Below, piece by piece: positions 26,675 to 35,652 of a stretch of 36,876 bases of DNA; within the stretch, counting starts at the first letter, position 1, and each line of letters begins with the position of its first letter. The notes below the pieces were generated by a model. The model saw nothing but the letters and a program-made list of their open reading frames with translations, searched no databases and had not been told where the DNA came from. The stretch is taken from the IMG/VR virus record IMGVR_UViG_3300043416_000189, positions 1 through 36,876 of that record. The stretch is one strand, 5' to 3'. Origin of the DNA: a virus (taxonomy: Duplodnaviria; Caudoviricetes). Position numbers and translations under genes: made by a program.

Positions 26675-27433
26675 ATGAAACCAATGCTCGCTAAGTGCTA
26701 TGAAGGCCAATCCGTGAAGGGCTGGATGATGAGTGAAAAACTCGATGGTGTTCGCGCTATCTGGGACGGATCAAAACTAATAAGCCGCAACGGAAATCAG
26801 TTCTTTGCCCCTGAATGGTTCCTGTCTCAGTTGCCCGCTGGGGTCACGCTCGATGGCGAACTGTTCATCGGTCGGGGACAGTTCCAGTCCACCGTCAGCG
26901 TCGTGAAGAAAAAGAGTCCGGTGCATAGCGAGTGGAGCCAAATCCGCTACTGTGTGTTTGATGCTCCGCAAGCACTGGGCGGCTTCGAAGATCGCCTTGC
27001 ATTCTGCGAGTCCTGCCTTGCTGGATCGACTATCGCCAGCGTCGTTCCTCACAGAGAATGCACTGGAAAACAAGACATGGAGATTTTCTTCAAGGAGCTT
27101 TGCGCTGATGGTGCTGAAGGTATCATGTTGCGCGCCCCTGGAAGCCGCTACGAAAACCGCCGGTCTACAAGTCTGCTTAAATATAAGCCATTCGAGTCTG
27201 ACGAAGCAGTGATAGTTGGAAGTGAAAGCGGGGAAGGTCGCCTGGCAGGCATCGTCGGCGCTCTTATAGTCAAATGGGGCAATGTCACATTCCGCGTTGG
27301 ATCGGGTTTAAGCGATGATGTGAGAATAAATCCGCCGAAAGTGGGGGCGCTGATAAGCTTTGGATTCTGCGGTCTGACCGATGGGGGATGCCCGCGCTTC
27401 CCTACGTTCCTCGCTGAACGCTCTTATGAGTAA
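26675..27433 (+). CDS. Minimal ATP-dependent DNA ligase
   Basis: SEKLDGVR, LDGELF, VFD, EGIMLR, LLKYK and an OB-fold ending in PRFPTF. No signal peptide. Confidence 0.92.
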   Translation: MKPMLAKCYEGQSVKGWMMSEKLDGVRAIWDGSKLISRNGNQFFAPEWFLSQLPAGVTLDGELFIGRGQFQSTVSVVKKKSPVHSEWSQIRYCVFDAPQALGGFEDRLAFCESCLAGSTIASVVPHRECTGKQDMEIFFKELCADGAEGIMLRAPGSRYENRRSTSLLKYKPFESDEAVIVGSESGEGRLAGIVGALIVKWGNVTFRVGSGLSDDVRINPPKVGALISFGFCGLTDGGCPRFPTFLAERSYE

Positions 27434-27623
27434 ATCGAAAAAACCCACCACCCACGGCGGCCCGCGCAAAGGCGCGGGCCGTCCGAAAGGCAAGAAGAAC
27501 GCCAACGCCAAAGGCCGGACAGCCGTGACGCGCTCCGTCTCCATGCCAGCCGAGGTCTGGCGGGATTTCGATATTCAGCGAGGAACGATGAGCAGAGGGA
27601 AGTTTATCGCATGGCTTCTTTGA
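27426..27623 (+). CDS. Small DNA-binding protein (GGxRxGAGRP motif plus ribbon-helix-helix-like)
   Basis: HGGPRKGAGRPKG...TRSVSMPAEVW...SRGKFI, ATG 27426. Confidence 0.6.
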   Translation: MSKSKKPTTHGGPRKGAGRPKGKKNANAKGRTAVTRSVSMPAEVWRDFDIQRGTMSRGKFIAWLL

Positions 27624-27639
27624 CACCCTCGCCCAAGGA
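27620..27639 (+). promoter_or_regulatory. Late-gene motif TTGACA-N6-CC, 19 nt before ATG 27639
   Basis: TTGACACCCTCGCCCAAGG|ATG. Confidence 0.75.
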
Positions 27640-27887
27640 TGGCGCAAAATTCCACTTTTTTCGGGCTTCCGCTTGCAACGCTTCAAAGCTTGCAGGAAAA
27701 ATATATCGCATGCCTTGAGGCAATCGCCGTTGCGGGGGCGAGTTACAGCATCGCGGGGCGCTCGTTTACTCGGGCGAATTTAACCGAGGTCTCGAACATC
27801 GTCGGGCAGTTGCAATCTGCTATTGAGTATGCAAGTGGTTCTCGGGTGAAGCGTACCGTCACAGCCTTTTCGACACAGCGCCCTTAG
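27639..27887 (+). CDS. Head completion protein (gpW-like)
   Basis: 82 aa, GASYSIAGRSFTRANL, directly before the portal as in lambda. Confidence 0.75.
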   Translation: MAQNSTFFGLPLATLQSLQEKYIACLEAIAVAGASYSIAGRSFTRANLTEVSNIVGQLQSAIEYASGSRVKRTVTAFSTQRP

Positions 27888-27889
27888 TA
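27870..27889 (+). promoter_or_regulatory. Variant motif TCGACA-N6-CC, 19 nt before the portal ATG
   Basis: TCGACACAGCGCCCTTAGT|ATG. Confidence 0.6.
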
Positions 27890-29961
27890 TGAAACAAGAC
27901 TTTTTTACGCGCGCTCTGGCAGTTGTCGCACCGAAGGCGGCAATGGCCCGCATGATTGCGCAAGACCGCCTGCGCAACTTTGGGCGGTTCGACGCGGCGC
28001 TCGAATCCAGTAAGCGCGGGATCAGTCGCAACATCGCCGGAGGCGAGGACACGAGCGGCACAGCCGAGCGTTACAAGCTTATCCGCGCTGCGCGTGACTT
28101 GGCCGACAACTTCCCACCGGTGCGCTCGTTACTCCTGAAATTTGCAACCTATGTCTCGGGCCGTCTCTCCTACCAAGCCCGCACCGGCAACAAGGATCTC
28201 GACGCGCAGGTTGAGCGATACTGGTCCGACTGGTGCAGCAAGTGCGATTTCCTACGCCGTCACGATTTCACCACCCTGCTTCAGCTCGCAGTCATGGCCA
28301 TCCTTCGCGATGGCGACTGCGGGTTTGTAATCGTCCGCGAAGCCGGAGAACTCCGCTTGCAGAGCGTGGAAGCCGACCGCATTGGCTCGCCCTACAATCG
28401 CTTAATCGACTCGGACAAATACATCGGCGGAATCATGCTGGATGAATACGGGAGGCCGGACAAGTACCAAATCTATGTTCGCACGATAAACAACCAATAT
28501 CTCGACCCGACCGACATTGACGCAGCGGAATTTATTCACCTATTCGACGCCACGCGACTGGACGAATATCGCGGACGCTCCGCATTTGCCACGGCGCTCA
28601 ACGCCGCGCGGGACTTGCAAGAGGCGTTGAAGGCCGAGATCCAAGCGATCAAATACGCCAGCTATCAGACCGGCGTCATCACCACCGAAAACGGATCGGC
28701 GGACGCATCCGACTACTTCGCGGCCAGCTCACGGAATGACAACGGGCAAACCGAGAAGCTCTCGAATATCGACCCCGGCGCGATCAATTATCTTTCGCCT
28801 GGCGAGAAGATGGAAATGTTCCAAAGCGAGCGCCCAGGCGGAGCGTTCGGCGAGTTCATCCGGCTGGTGCAATCGCACATTTGCATGAGCGTCGGGCTTC
28901 CCTACGGCTTTGCGTTCGACGCAGACAAGAGCGGTCCGATGGCACGCATGGAGGCAGCTATGGCCGAGCGCACTTTTGCGCGTTGGCGCGGGCTTCTTGA
29001 ATCACAGTTTCTAAACCGCATCAAGAACATTGTCCTTCTCGACGCCGCCGCGCGCGGGGAGATTGACGACTCGGAGTTTTTGCTGGACGGACGCTGGTGT
29101 TGGCCAGCAAAGGTCAGTATCGATTACGGACGCGAGGCGACTGCCGACATCGCGCTCTGGAAAGCGGGACTGAAGACAGCCGGTCAGATTTACTCAGACG
29201 CTGGCGAGGACTACGAAGAAGCACTCCGCGCAAGGGCGAAAGAGGCCGCTATGATCGTTGATCTTGCGGAGGAAATGGACATCCCTGCGCAATACATTTC
29301 CGACTCCGTGCCAATGCCGAAGGCAAATGAGATCCAGCCAGTCATCGCACCGCAGCCGACGCCAGAACCCGCACCCACACCGGATCCGCAACAGGCCGCA
29401 GCCTCGCAATTTGAGGACGGCAAAAACAAGCCGACCTCTGGCATGATCGCCGAAGCCAAGAAGGGGTTGGAGTGGCGCGCGAAATACAATCGCGGCGGGA
29501 CGAATGTCGGAGTTGCACGCGCTCGCGACATCTCGAACGGCGAAAATCTTTCCGAAGATACCGTCAAGCGGATGCATAGCTATTTTTCGCGGCACGAAGT
29601 TGATAAAAAGGGGCAGGGTTTTCAACCAGGAGAAGAGGGCTTTCCTTCCGCAGGCCGCATTGCATGGGCATTGTGGGGCGGTGACGCAGGCCAGACATGG
29701 GCGGCGGCGAAGGCGCGCAGCATCTCCGCAAAGGAAGCGGCCAAGAAAGGTCTCAACATGAAATTCCAACGCGACGCGCACGGACGGGTTGCCAGCCTAT
29801 CTCTCCCAAGCCTGACCGAGTTTGTCATTCCATCCCCTACGGGGAGCGAGTCTGAAAAGGATTTCATCCCTCGCTGTATGGCGGATGACACCATGCTCGC
29901 AGAATTTCCAGATACAACCGAACGCGCGGCAGTCTGCTACGCACAACTTAAATCAAAATGA
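27889..29961 (+). CDS. Portal protein (lambda family) with a long C-terminal extension
   Basis: ARDLADN, RDGDC, EADRI, GI.LDEYGRP, IHLF..R....RG and L.PGE, then a Pro-rich linker and extra domains. Confidence 0.88.
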   Translation: MKQDFFTRALAVVAPKAAMARMIAQDRLRNFGRFDAALESSKRGISRNIAGGEDTSGTAERYKLIRAARDLADNFPPVRSLLLKFATYVSGRLSYQARTGNKDLDAQVERYWSDWCSKCDFLRRHDFTTLLQLAVMAILRDGDCGFVIVREAGELRLQSVEADRIGSPYNRLIDSDKYIGGIMLDEYGRPDKYQIYVRTINNQYLDPTDIDAAEFIHLFDATRLDEYRGRSAFATALNAARDLQEALKAEIQAIKYASYQTGVITTENGSADASDYFAASSRNDNGQTEKLSNIDPGAINYLSPGEKMEMFQSERPGGAFGEFIRLVQSHICMSVGLPYGFAFDADKSGPMARMEAAMAERTFARWRGLLESQFLNRIKNIVLLDAAARGEIDDSEFLLDGRWCWPAKVSIDYGREATADIALWKAGLKTAGQIYSDAGEDYEEALRARAKEAAMIVDLAEEMDIPAQYISDSVPMPKANEIQPVIAPQPTPEPAPTPDPQQAAASQFEDGKNKPTSGMIAEAKKGLEWRAKYNRGGTNVGVARARDISNGENLSEDTVKRMHSYFSRHEVDKKGQGFQPGEEGFPSAGRIAWALWGGDAGQTWAAAKARSISAKEAAKKGLNMKFQRDAHGRVASLSLPSLTEFVIPSPTGSESEKDFIPRCMADDTMLAEFPDTTERAAVCYAQLKSK

Positions 29962-30371
29962 TCGCACAAGGAATTGCACTATCAGCCAAGCAGGCTTTCC
30001 TGCTCGGCATCCACCAATCGACCGACACCTACAAGCTCGCGCTTTACACGAGCCGCGCAACGATCGGGCCGGAACTCGCGCACTACACCGAGGCGGGCGA
30101 GGTCAGCGGGCCAGGCTACGATCGCGGCGGCTACGTGCTCACCGGCTTCAAGAACGGCATGGCAGGCCGCAGCGCTTTCGTGACATTCAACGATCTCAAA
30201 ATCGACCGCGCATCCTTCACCGCTCACGGCGCGATTATCTACAACGCATCGAAGAACAACTCTGTGATTTGCGCGTTGAATTTCGGCGCGGACCGCTCGG
30301 TTTTCGACGGGTCGTTTGAAATCAAATTCCCCGAACCCACCGAGAAAAACGCACTCATCTTGCTCGCATGA
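29958..30371 (+). CDS. Structural protein (fibre/appendage-associated)
   Basis: YKLALYT...EVSG.GY.RGG..L...GAIIYN pattern seen in virion proteins. Confidence 0.55.
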   Translation: MIAQGIALSAKQAFLLGIHQSTDTYKLALYTSRATIGPELAHYTEAGEVSGPGYDRGGYVLTGFKNGMAGRSAFVTFNDLKIDRASFTAHGAIIYNASKNNSVICALNFGADRSVFDGSFEIKFPEPTEKNALILLA

Positions 30372-30958
30372 TTGGCGTAAACATCCAGCAACCATCTACC
30401 GGCGGCGGCATTTCAGATGGCGACAAGGGCGATATAACAGTCTCTGGAAGCGGAGCCACCTGGACAATCGACAACTCGGCAGTGACGAATGCGAAACTTG
30501 CAGACGTTGCCACTGCCAGAATCAAGGGCAGGACAACTGCCGGAACAGGCTCGCCCGAAGACCTGACTGGGACGCAAACAACCGCATTACTCGACACTTT
30601 CACGTCGAGTTTAAAGGGTCTCGCTCCAGCATCAAGCGGAGGCACGTCAAATTTTCTACGCGCGGACGGGACGTGGGCCGCGCCCGCAGGCGGATCGAAC
30701 GAACCGGCCGACGATGTTTTTCGAATTGTCGGATCAACGGACGCAACACGCAAATTAGCATTTGAAGTTGACGGAATCTCCACAGCAACAACAAGAACAT
30801 TTACCGCGCCGAACCGAAACGGGACGATGGTTGTCTCCGACACCACCGCAGGCAGCGGATCGGATGTCGTCAACAATATCGTGTCACTCACTCAGGCAGA
30901 ATACAACGCCATTGGCTCGCCAGACGCGACGACGCTTTATCTCATAACAGACCCATAA
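30368..30958 (+). CDS. Fibre-like structural protein
   Basis: DGDKGDITVS, FLRADGTWAAP and C-terminal LTQAEYNAI..PDATTLYLIT. T/S/G-rich. Confidence 0.6.
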   Translation: MIGVNIQQPSTGGGISDGDKGDITVSGSGATWTIDNSAVTNAKLADVATARIKGRTTAGTGSPEDLTGTQTTALLDTFTSSLKGLAPASSGGTSNFLRADGTWAAPAGGSNEPADDVFRIVGSTDATRKLAFEVDGISTATTRTFTAPNRNGTMVVSDTTAGSGSDVVNNIVSLTQAEYNAIGSPDATTLYLITDP

Positions 30959-30963
30959 ATAAT

Positions 30964-31806
30964 ATGCCGCTCTTACAAAAAGGATATTTAGGTGCGACTC
31001 CGCTTTTTCGGAACATCCCATTTTTTGCTGGGCCGCAAGTTACTGATTCTACTTCAAATACAGGCACAATAACTGTAACGGCCTCGGCGACCACTCACAC
31101 CAAAGGCGCGTGGGCGCAAGCGATTGCAGCGACCGCCAGCGAAACAACTCTTTTGGCGTTATTGGTGAGCGGCGTATCGACTGGCTCCACCGATACATCA
31201 ACACTAATTGACATCGGTGTTGGAGCGGCGGGAAGTGAAATTGTAGTCATTCCTAACATTGCGGTGGGAGGCGCGGCGGCAACAAACATTTTAGTTCCCG
31301 TAAAAATAGCGTCCGGCAGCCGCATTTCCATCCGCTCACAGTCGCGAGTTGTGAGCAAATCTTTTACTATAGTGGCACGAGATTTTACAGCGTTCAACGC
31401 TGGCGATTCGGAATTGACTCCAACAGCGCTGGATGTATTGGGGACATCTACAGCTACATCAACTGGCACGGCTATGAGTGGAGCGTCAGGCACATGGGTT
31501 CAAATCGTAGCCTCAACTGCTCAAAATTACTCAGCTTTTAGCATCGTGCCATCGACTACGGATACTGATATTGCACTCATTGATCCGTTTGTTTACGAAA
31601 TCGGCGTCGGCGCGGCGGGAAGTGAGGTTTCATTTGGGCGCATCATCTGTTCCACCGCTGTTGCGGAAAGCATTACTATGCGGCGAGTCGGGCCACTTAT
31701 TTTCGGGCGCGAAGTTCCCGCAGGATCACGCCTCTCTATCCGCCACAACATCACCGTAAACCCCGGCAAATATGATGCGTGCATTATCGCCGTTCCGAAA
31801 GTTTAA
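30964..31806 (+). CDS. Structural protein with an internal domain duplication
   Basis: Two copies of G.W.Q..A.TA...IGVGAAGSE...GSR.SIR. Confidence 0.6.
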   Translation: MPLLQKGYLGATPLFRNIPFFAGPQVTDSTSNTGTITVTASATTHTKGAWAQAIAATASETTLLALLVSGVSTGSTDTSTLIDIGVGAAGSEIVVIPNIAVGGAAATNILVPVKIASGSRISIRSQSRVVSKSFTIVARDFTAFNAGDSELTPTALDVLGTSTATSTGTAMSGASGTWVQIVASTAQNYSAFSIVPSTTDTDIALIDPFVYEIGVGAAGSEVSFGRIICSTAVAESITMRRVGPLIFGREVPAGSRLSIRHNITVNPGKYDACIIAVPKV

Positions 31807-31810
31807 AAAA

Positions 31811-32248
31811 ATGGACACTTGGAATTTAGTTTACGACACCGCAACTGGCCAAGGCGTGAGCATCGGCACAGTGATTGCGAACCCGCTCCCCGCCAACCTC
31901 ACTGCACTGGAATTGAGCGAGGAGCAATCCACCGCCATTCTCAGCGGTGCGATGGTATGGGATGCAGACACGCTCTCACTTATCCCGACCCCACGCCCTC
32001 TTGTAACTGCTATTCAACATCTCGAGAGCGTTGGACTCGGCAGCGACTACCAGCCGACTCTCATCTACCTTCGCATCAACTTAACCGCTGCCAACAAAAC
32101 ATGCACGGAACTCGACGCGCTGGAATCCTATTTGCAAGGCGTGTTGGCGATTTTCGCGCAAGACCAAAATCCTCGAAATGACTGGGCAATGCCACCCGTG
32201 ACCTTTGACGCGGCAGTCATTGCATCGATGTCCGAACTCTCATCTTAA
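31811..32248 (+). CDS. Hypothetical protein (possible fibre chaperone)
   Basis: ATG 31811 after an A-run. Follows the fibre-like genes. Confidence 0.55.
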   Translation: MDTWNLVYDTATGQGVSIGTVIANPLPANLTALELSEEQSTAILSGAMVWDADTLSLIPTPRPLVTAIQHLESVGLGSDYQPTLIYLRINLTAANKTCTELDALESYLQGVLAIFAQDQNPRNDWAMPPVTFDAAVIASMSELSS

Positions 32249-32254
32249 AAAACC

Positions 32255-32875
32255 ATGGCGAACGAACTCAACACAGCACAGGCAACCAGCGGGCTAACGA
32301 TCACCGCGCAACTCTTCCAGACCGGCGCGGCAGTTGGCTCCGCGATAACATGCGCGGAGGTTGGAAGCTCAAGGTTTTATTCCGCGAACATGCCAGTCAT
32401 CACAGCAGGCACGTATCAAGTTGTTTTTTATCAGTCGGGCGTCACGCCACTCTCAAGCGGGACGATTGCGTGGAACGGCACGGCTGAAATTTTGGTGAAC
32501 GATCTCTCGACCGCTACCACCGCAGGCATTGCGGATGCTGTCTGGGACGAAGCCACGAGCGGGCACACAACCAGCGGAACCTACGGCGGGCGAATCGTGC
32601 GCTCGACTAACGCGAACGTTGAGTTGGCAATAAACGCTCAGAATAATGCCGCTGCCAATGTTCATCAATTTCAGACCGGCGTAATCGTCTCAGGTGCTTT
32701 TGATGCTGGCGTACTGACCGCATTTGCTGTTCCTGAATTGCAGGAAATCCACCTTATTCACGGCCTAAAATCTGGAAGTGCGTTGACCGTCACACCTTCA
32801 AGTCGTGCGGCTGGTGCGATCTCGCAAAACATAACCGGCGACGGAGTCGCCAGCACAACCGTCACGCGAGTCTAA
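32255..32875 (+). CDS. Putative structural protein
   Basis: 206 aa, T/A/G/S-rich, with IADAVWDE...H...GT.G motif. Confidence 0.55.
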   Translation: MANELNTAQATSGLTITAQLFQTGAAVGSAITCAEVGSSRFYSANMPVITAGTYQVVFYQSGVTPLSSGTIAWNGTAEILVNDLSTATTAGIADAVWDEATSGHTTSGTYGGRIVRSTNANVELAINAQNNAAANVHQFQTGVIVSGAFDAGVLTAFAVPELQEIHLIHGLKSGSALTVTPSSRAAGAISQNITGDGVASTTVTRV

Positions 32876-32878
32876 GCC

Positions 32879-33361
32879 ATGCTTGTCAGCCTGCTCATCG
32901 CAACGCAGGGTCTGCTACCAAGCCCCACGCCGCTTTCAATCGGCATCCAGGGGCTTCTAGACCCGAACGCAGTAACGCCGGAACCGCCGCCGATTGTAAG
33001 CGGGCGGGATTTACCTGGCGGGTTCTATCGGCACGGGCAGAGAGTAATCGTCGAAATTGCGCGCGGCGTATCTGCGAAACTCAGCACCGCAGATGTCGGG
33101 ATTTCAATATCGACAGCCGCAAACGTGCGCGGATTCTCATTCCTTTCAGGAAGCGGCCTTGCGGACGTATCGACATGCGAAAAATTTTTCTTGCAGGGCA
33201 ACGTGCAAAACATTTCAGCCAATCGCGTGCGGCAGTCGATTTCATGTTCATTCGACGTCGTATATTCCCGCGAAGACGACGAAGCGGAAATGTTGCTACT
33301 CGCTCAGGCCGCGCTTGAGGAAATGTTTTTGCAGAGCATCATTGACCAATACGACGATTGA
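32879..33361 (+). CDS. Hypothetical protein
   Basis: 160 aa with repeated TQGLL/IQGLL at the N-terminus. Confidence 0.6.
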   Translation: MLVSLLIATQGLLPSPTPLSIGIQGLLDPNAVTPEPPPIVSGRDLPGGFYRHGQRVIVEIARGVSAKLSTADVGISISTAANVRGFSFLSGSGLADVSTCEKFFLQGNVQNISANRVRQSISCSFDVVYSREDDEAEMLLLAQAALEEMFLQSIIDQYDD

Positions 33362-33366
33362 TTCTT

Positions 33367-33386
33367 TTGACATCGCTGCCTCGGCA
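33367..33386 (+). promoter_or_regulatory. Late-gene motif TTGACA-N6-CC, 19 nt before ATG 33386
   Basis: TTGACATCGCTGCCTCGGC|ATG. Confidence 0.75.
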
Positions 33387-34234
33387 TGAGCGACGTCATC
33401 GAAGCAGTATCCATCATCTCAGTCGGCGAGGCCAAAGGCCACGGACTCTACGTGGACGCGCAGACATTGCGCGAAGTTAAGGCATGCGCGGAGACCTATG
33501 CGGGCGGCGTCAAAGTCAATCTCGACCACGGTGCGGGAATCAAAGACATCATCGGCTTTGTCGATAACTTTCGCATCGTCGGAGAAAAGCTCCTCGGAGA
33601 TTTGAACCTTTTGCAAAACGCAGACCGGCGAGCCTACGTCTTGGAAATTGCCGAGAAGCTACCCGACACATTCGGCATCTCGATTGCATTCAGCGGGCCT
33701 GTGCGGGACATCGGCGGCAAGAGTTTTGCGTCGTGCGAGGAACTTTACTCTGCCGACTTGGTGCAGACACCCGCAGCGAATCCCACCGGCCTCTTCAGCT
33801 TCGAGGCAAAGCCAGTTGACAAAATTTCCAAGCAAATGGAAGACACACCCGAAATCGAAATCGAACCCAAGGAAGACGAAGTGAGCATTGCCGACATCGT
33901 CTCCCGTCTCAGCGCCCTTGAATCCGCCTTTGGCGATTACAAGAAGGCAATGGAAGCCGCTCCCGAAGAGCCAAAGGATGAGCCAATGAAGGACTCTGAA
34001 ATGTCCAAGCTCGAAGCCAAGCTCGACACGATCATTTCAAACTTTGGCGCAGCTCCCATGAAGGCATCCGCTGCCGCCGAAGTTCCTGCCGAAGTCAAAT
34101 TTGATCTGAAGAATTTGATCGAAGCGAAAACTGCAGAACTCGGCTCCAAGACCGCCGCAATCAAATTTGCGATGTCGAATCACCCCGCTGAATACATCGC
34201 CCTCCGCGACTCCAACCAACTCAACAACCTCTAA
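33386..34234 (+). CDS. Prohead protease fused to a scaffold domain
   Basis: GEAKGHG, LDH, FGISI and ADLV..PAANP.GLF, then an acidic helical C-terminal half. Upstream of cement and MCP. Confidence 0.75.
   Translation: MSDVIEAVSIISVGEAKGHGLYVDAQTLREVKACAETYAGGVKVNLDHGAGIKDIIGFVDNFRIVGEKLLGDLNLLQNADRRAYVLEIAEKLPDTFGISIAFSGPVRDIGGKSFASCEELYSADLVQTPAANPTGLFSFEAKPVDKISKQMEDTPEIEIEPKEDEVSIADIVSRLSALESAFGDYKKAMEAAPEEPKDEPMKDSEMSKLEAKLDTIISNFGAAPMKASAAAEVPAEVKFDLKNLIEAKTAELGSKTAAIKFAMSNHPAEYIALRDSNQLNNL
33816..33836 (+). promoter_or_regulatory. Intragenic late-gene motif TTGACA-N6-CC, 20 nt before in-frame ATG 33836
   Basis: TTGACAAAATTTCCAAGCA|AATG. Confidence 0.65.
33836..34234 (+). CDS. Nested in-frame scaffolding protein (132 aa)
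   Basis: ATG at codon 151 (MEDTPEIEIEP...), at the domain boundary and preceded by the late motif. Analogous to lambda Nu3 within C. Confidence 0.6.
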   Translation: MEDTPEIEIEPKEDEVSIADIVSRLSALESAFGDYKKAMEAAPEEPKDEPMKDSEMSKLEAKLDTIISNFGAAPMKASAAAEVPAEVKFDLKNLIEAKTAELGSKTAAIKFAMSNHPAEYIALRDSNQLNNL

Positions 34235-34246
34235 TCTACTCACACC

Positions 34247-34600
34247 ATGGCATCCCAAACTGACATTCCATTCCGCTCGTTCACATTCGCGTCCGCGCTC
34301 TCAGGTAACACGCTCGTCCGTTGCTCGGGCGACAACGCAGCCGCAGCACTCGTAACCGCCTCTGAAGTCATCGGCGTCCTTCAAGACGACGTTGCCGCCG
34401 CTGGCGTTGGCGAAGTGAAACTCTTCAAGGCAACTCAATTCGGAATCGTTTCGCCTGGTCCCGTGACCGCTGGCAATTCGGTTTTTGCCACAACCGGCGG
34501 CGTGATTGTCGGAACGCTCGTCACCTCTGGCGTGACTCTCGGCACCGCAATCAACTCCGGCGTAACCGGCGACATCATCGAGTTCGCAATTCGTCTCTAA
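34247..34600 (+). CDS. Capsid cement/decoration protein (DUF2190-like)
   Basis: 117 aa, A/G/V/T-rich, with IGVLQ.D...G.A......GDIIE, immediately before the MCP. Confidence 0.7.
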   Translation: MASQTDIPFRSFTFASALSGNTLVRCSGDNAAAALVTASEVIGVLQDDVAAAGVGEVKLFKATQFGIVSPGPVTAGNSVFATTGGVIVGTLVTSGVTLGTAINSGVTGDIIEFAIRL

Positions 34601-34634
34601 GCACCTGATCGAAACACTCAACTAACTAACTACC

Positions 34635-35594
34635 ATGTCACTCACCACTACCACAATTCGCGGAGACATCGCACAGGCCGTTTACGAGGGCCGCTCGAAC
34701 AAGCAAAACCTCTTCATCGGTGCCGAAGTCATGCCGATCTACGTTGCAGACGTTCGCTCTGGCGAGTATCTGAAAATCAACCTGGGCGCATCTGAGGCAC
34801 TTAACGACGACGCGACCAAGATCGCCGCTGGCTCTGCATATCCCCGCGTTGGCCGCAAGTTCACATCGGATACATTCGCGACTACCGAGTACGGTCTTGA
34901 GGAAGTGCTCCCCGACGCAACTCAGCGCGACCTAGCCCGATTCCTCGACGTTGAGGTCGCCGTTGCCGACATGCTCCTCAGCCAGATCCAAATCGGCCAC
35001 GAGCTTCGCGTTGCCTCGCTCACCTACGCAGCGAACGGCATCACAGCCATCTCCGCCGCCGGTGCAACAGCCGCTTATACCGAAGCCAACATCACAACCT
35101 TCGATCTCGCAGCCGACGTTGCCGCAGGCAAGTTGGAACTCGCTAAATATGGCGTGCTTCCAAACACGCTTGTCATGTCCGCAGTCCTGTTCGAGCGCGT
35201 CCGCCGCTCGACCAAGGTTCAAAATCAAATGTTCGGCGTAGTCGCCACGAACTCAACTCGCCTCCTCTCCGAGCAAGAAGTTGCTCAAGCAGTCGGCGTG
35301 GAAAAGGTCCTTGTTGGCCGCGCTCCTCGCAACACTGCGAAGAAGGGTCAAACTTACTCAGGCGGATTCGTCTGGGGTGACAGTTACATCGCACTCGCCA
35401 ACACAGTTGGCGGTGAGTTCGCAGCCGGTGGATTCGGTCGCACGATCCTCTGGGGCGCTGATAGCCCAGTGCCTTTCGTCTCCGAGACCTACCGCGACGA
35501 AGCCCGCCGCTCCAACATCCTCCGCGTGCGTCAGCACGTATCCGAGAAGGTCGTTGACGGCTCCTCGATCATCCGCATCACGACCGGCCTGTAA
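34635..35594 (+). CDS. Major capsid protein (lambda gpE-like)
   Basis: 319 aa with FIGAEVMP, E.RVA, G..PNTLVM and ETYRDE. Follows protease and cement and is followed by a strong terminator. Confidence 0.85.
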   Translation: MSLTTTTIRGDIAQAVYEGRSNKQNLFIGAEVMPIYVADVRSGEYLKINLGASEALNDDATKIAAGSAYPRVGRKFTSDTFATTEYGLEEVLPDATQRDLARFLDVEVAVADMLLSQIQIGHELRVASLTYAANGITAISAAGATAAYTEANITTFDLAADVAAGKLELAKYGVLPNTLVMSAVLFERVRRSTKVQNQMFGVVATNSTRLLSEQEVAQAVGVEKVLVGRAPRNTAKKGQTYSGGFVWGDSYIALANTVGGEFAAGGFGRTILWGADSPVPFVSETYRDEARRSNILRVRQHVSEKVVDGSSIIRITTGL

Positions 35595-35613
35595 AAAGAT
35601 CACGGTTCACATC

Positions 35614-35643
35614 AAGCCCGCTCTCACAAGGAGCGGGTTTTTT
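35614..35643 (+). terminator. Rho-independent terminator after the major capsid gene
   Basis: AAGCCCGCTC-TCACAAG-GAGCGGGTTT followed by TTT. Confidence 0.85.
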
Positions 35644-35652
35644 GTTGCCCTT

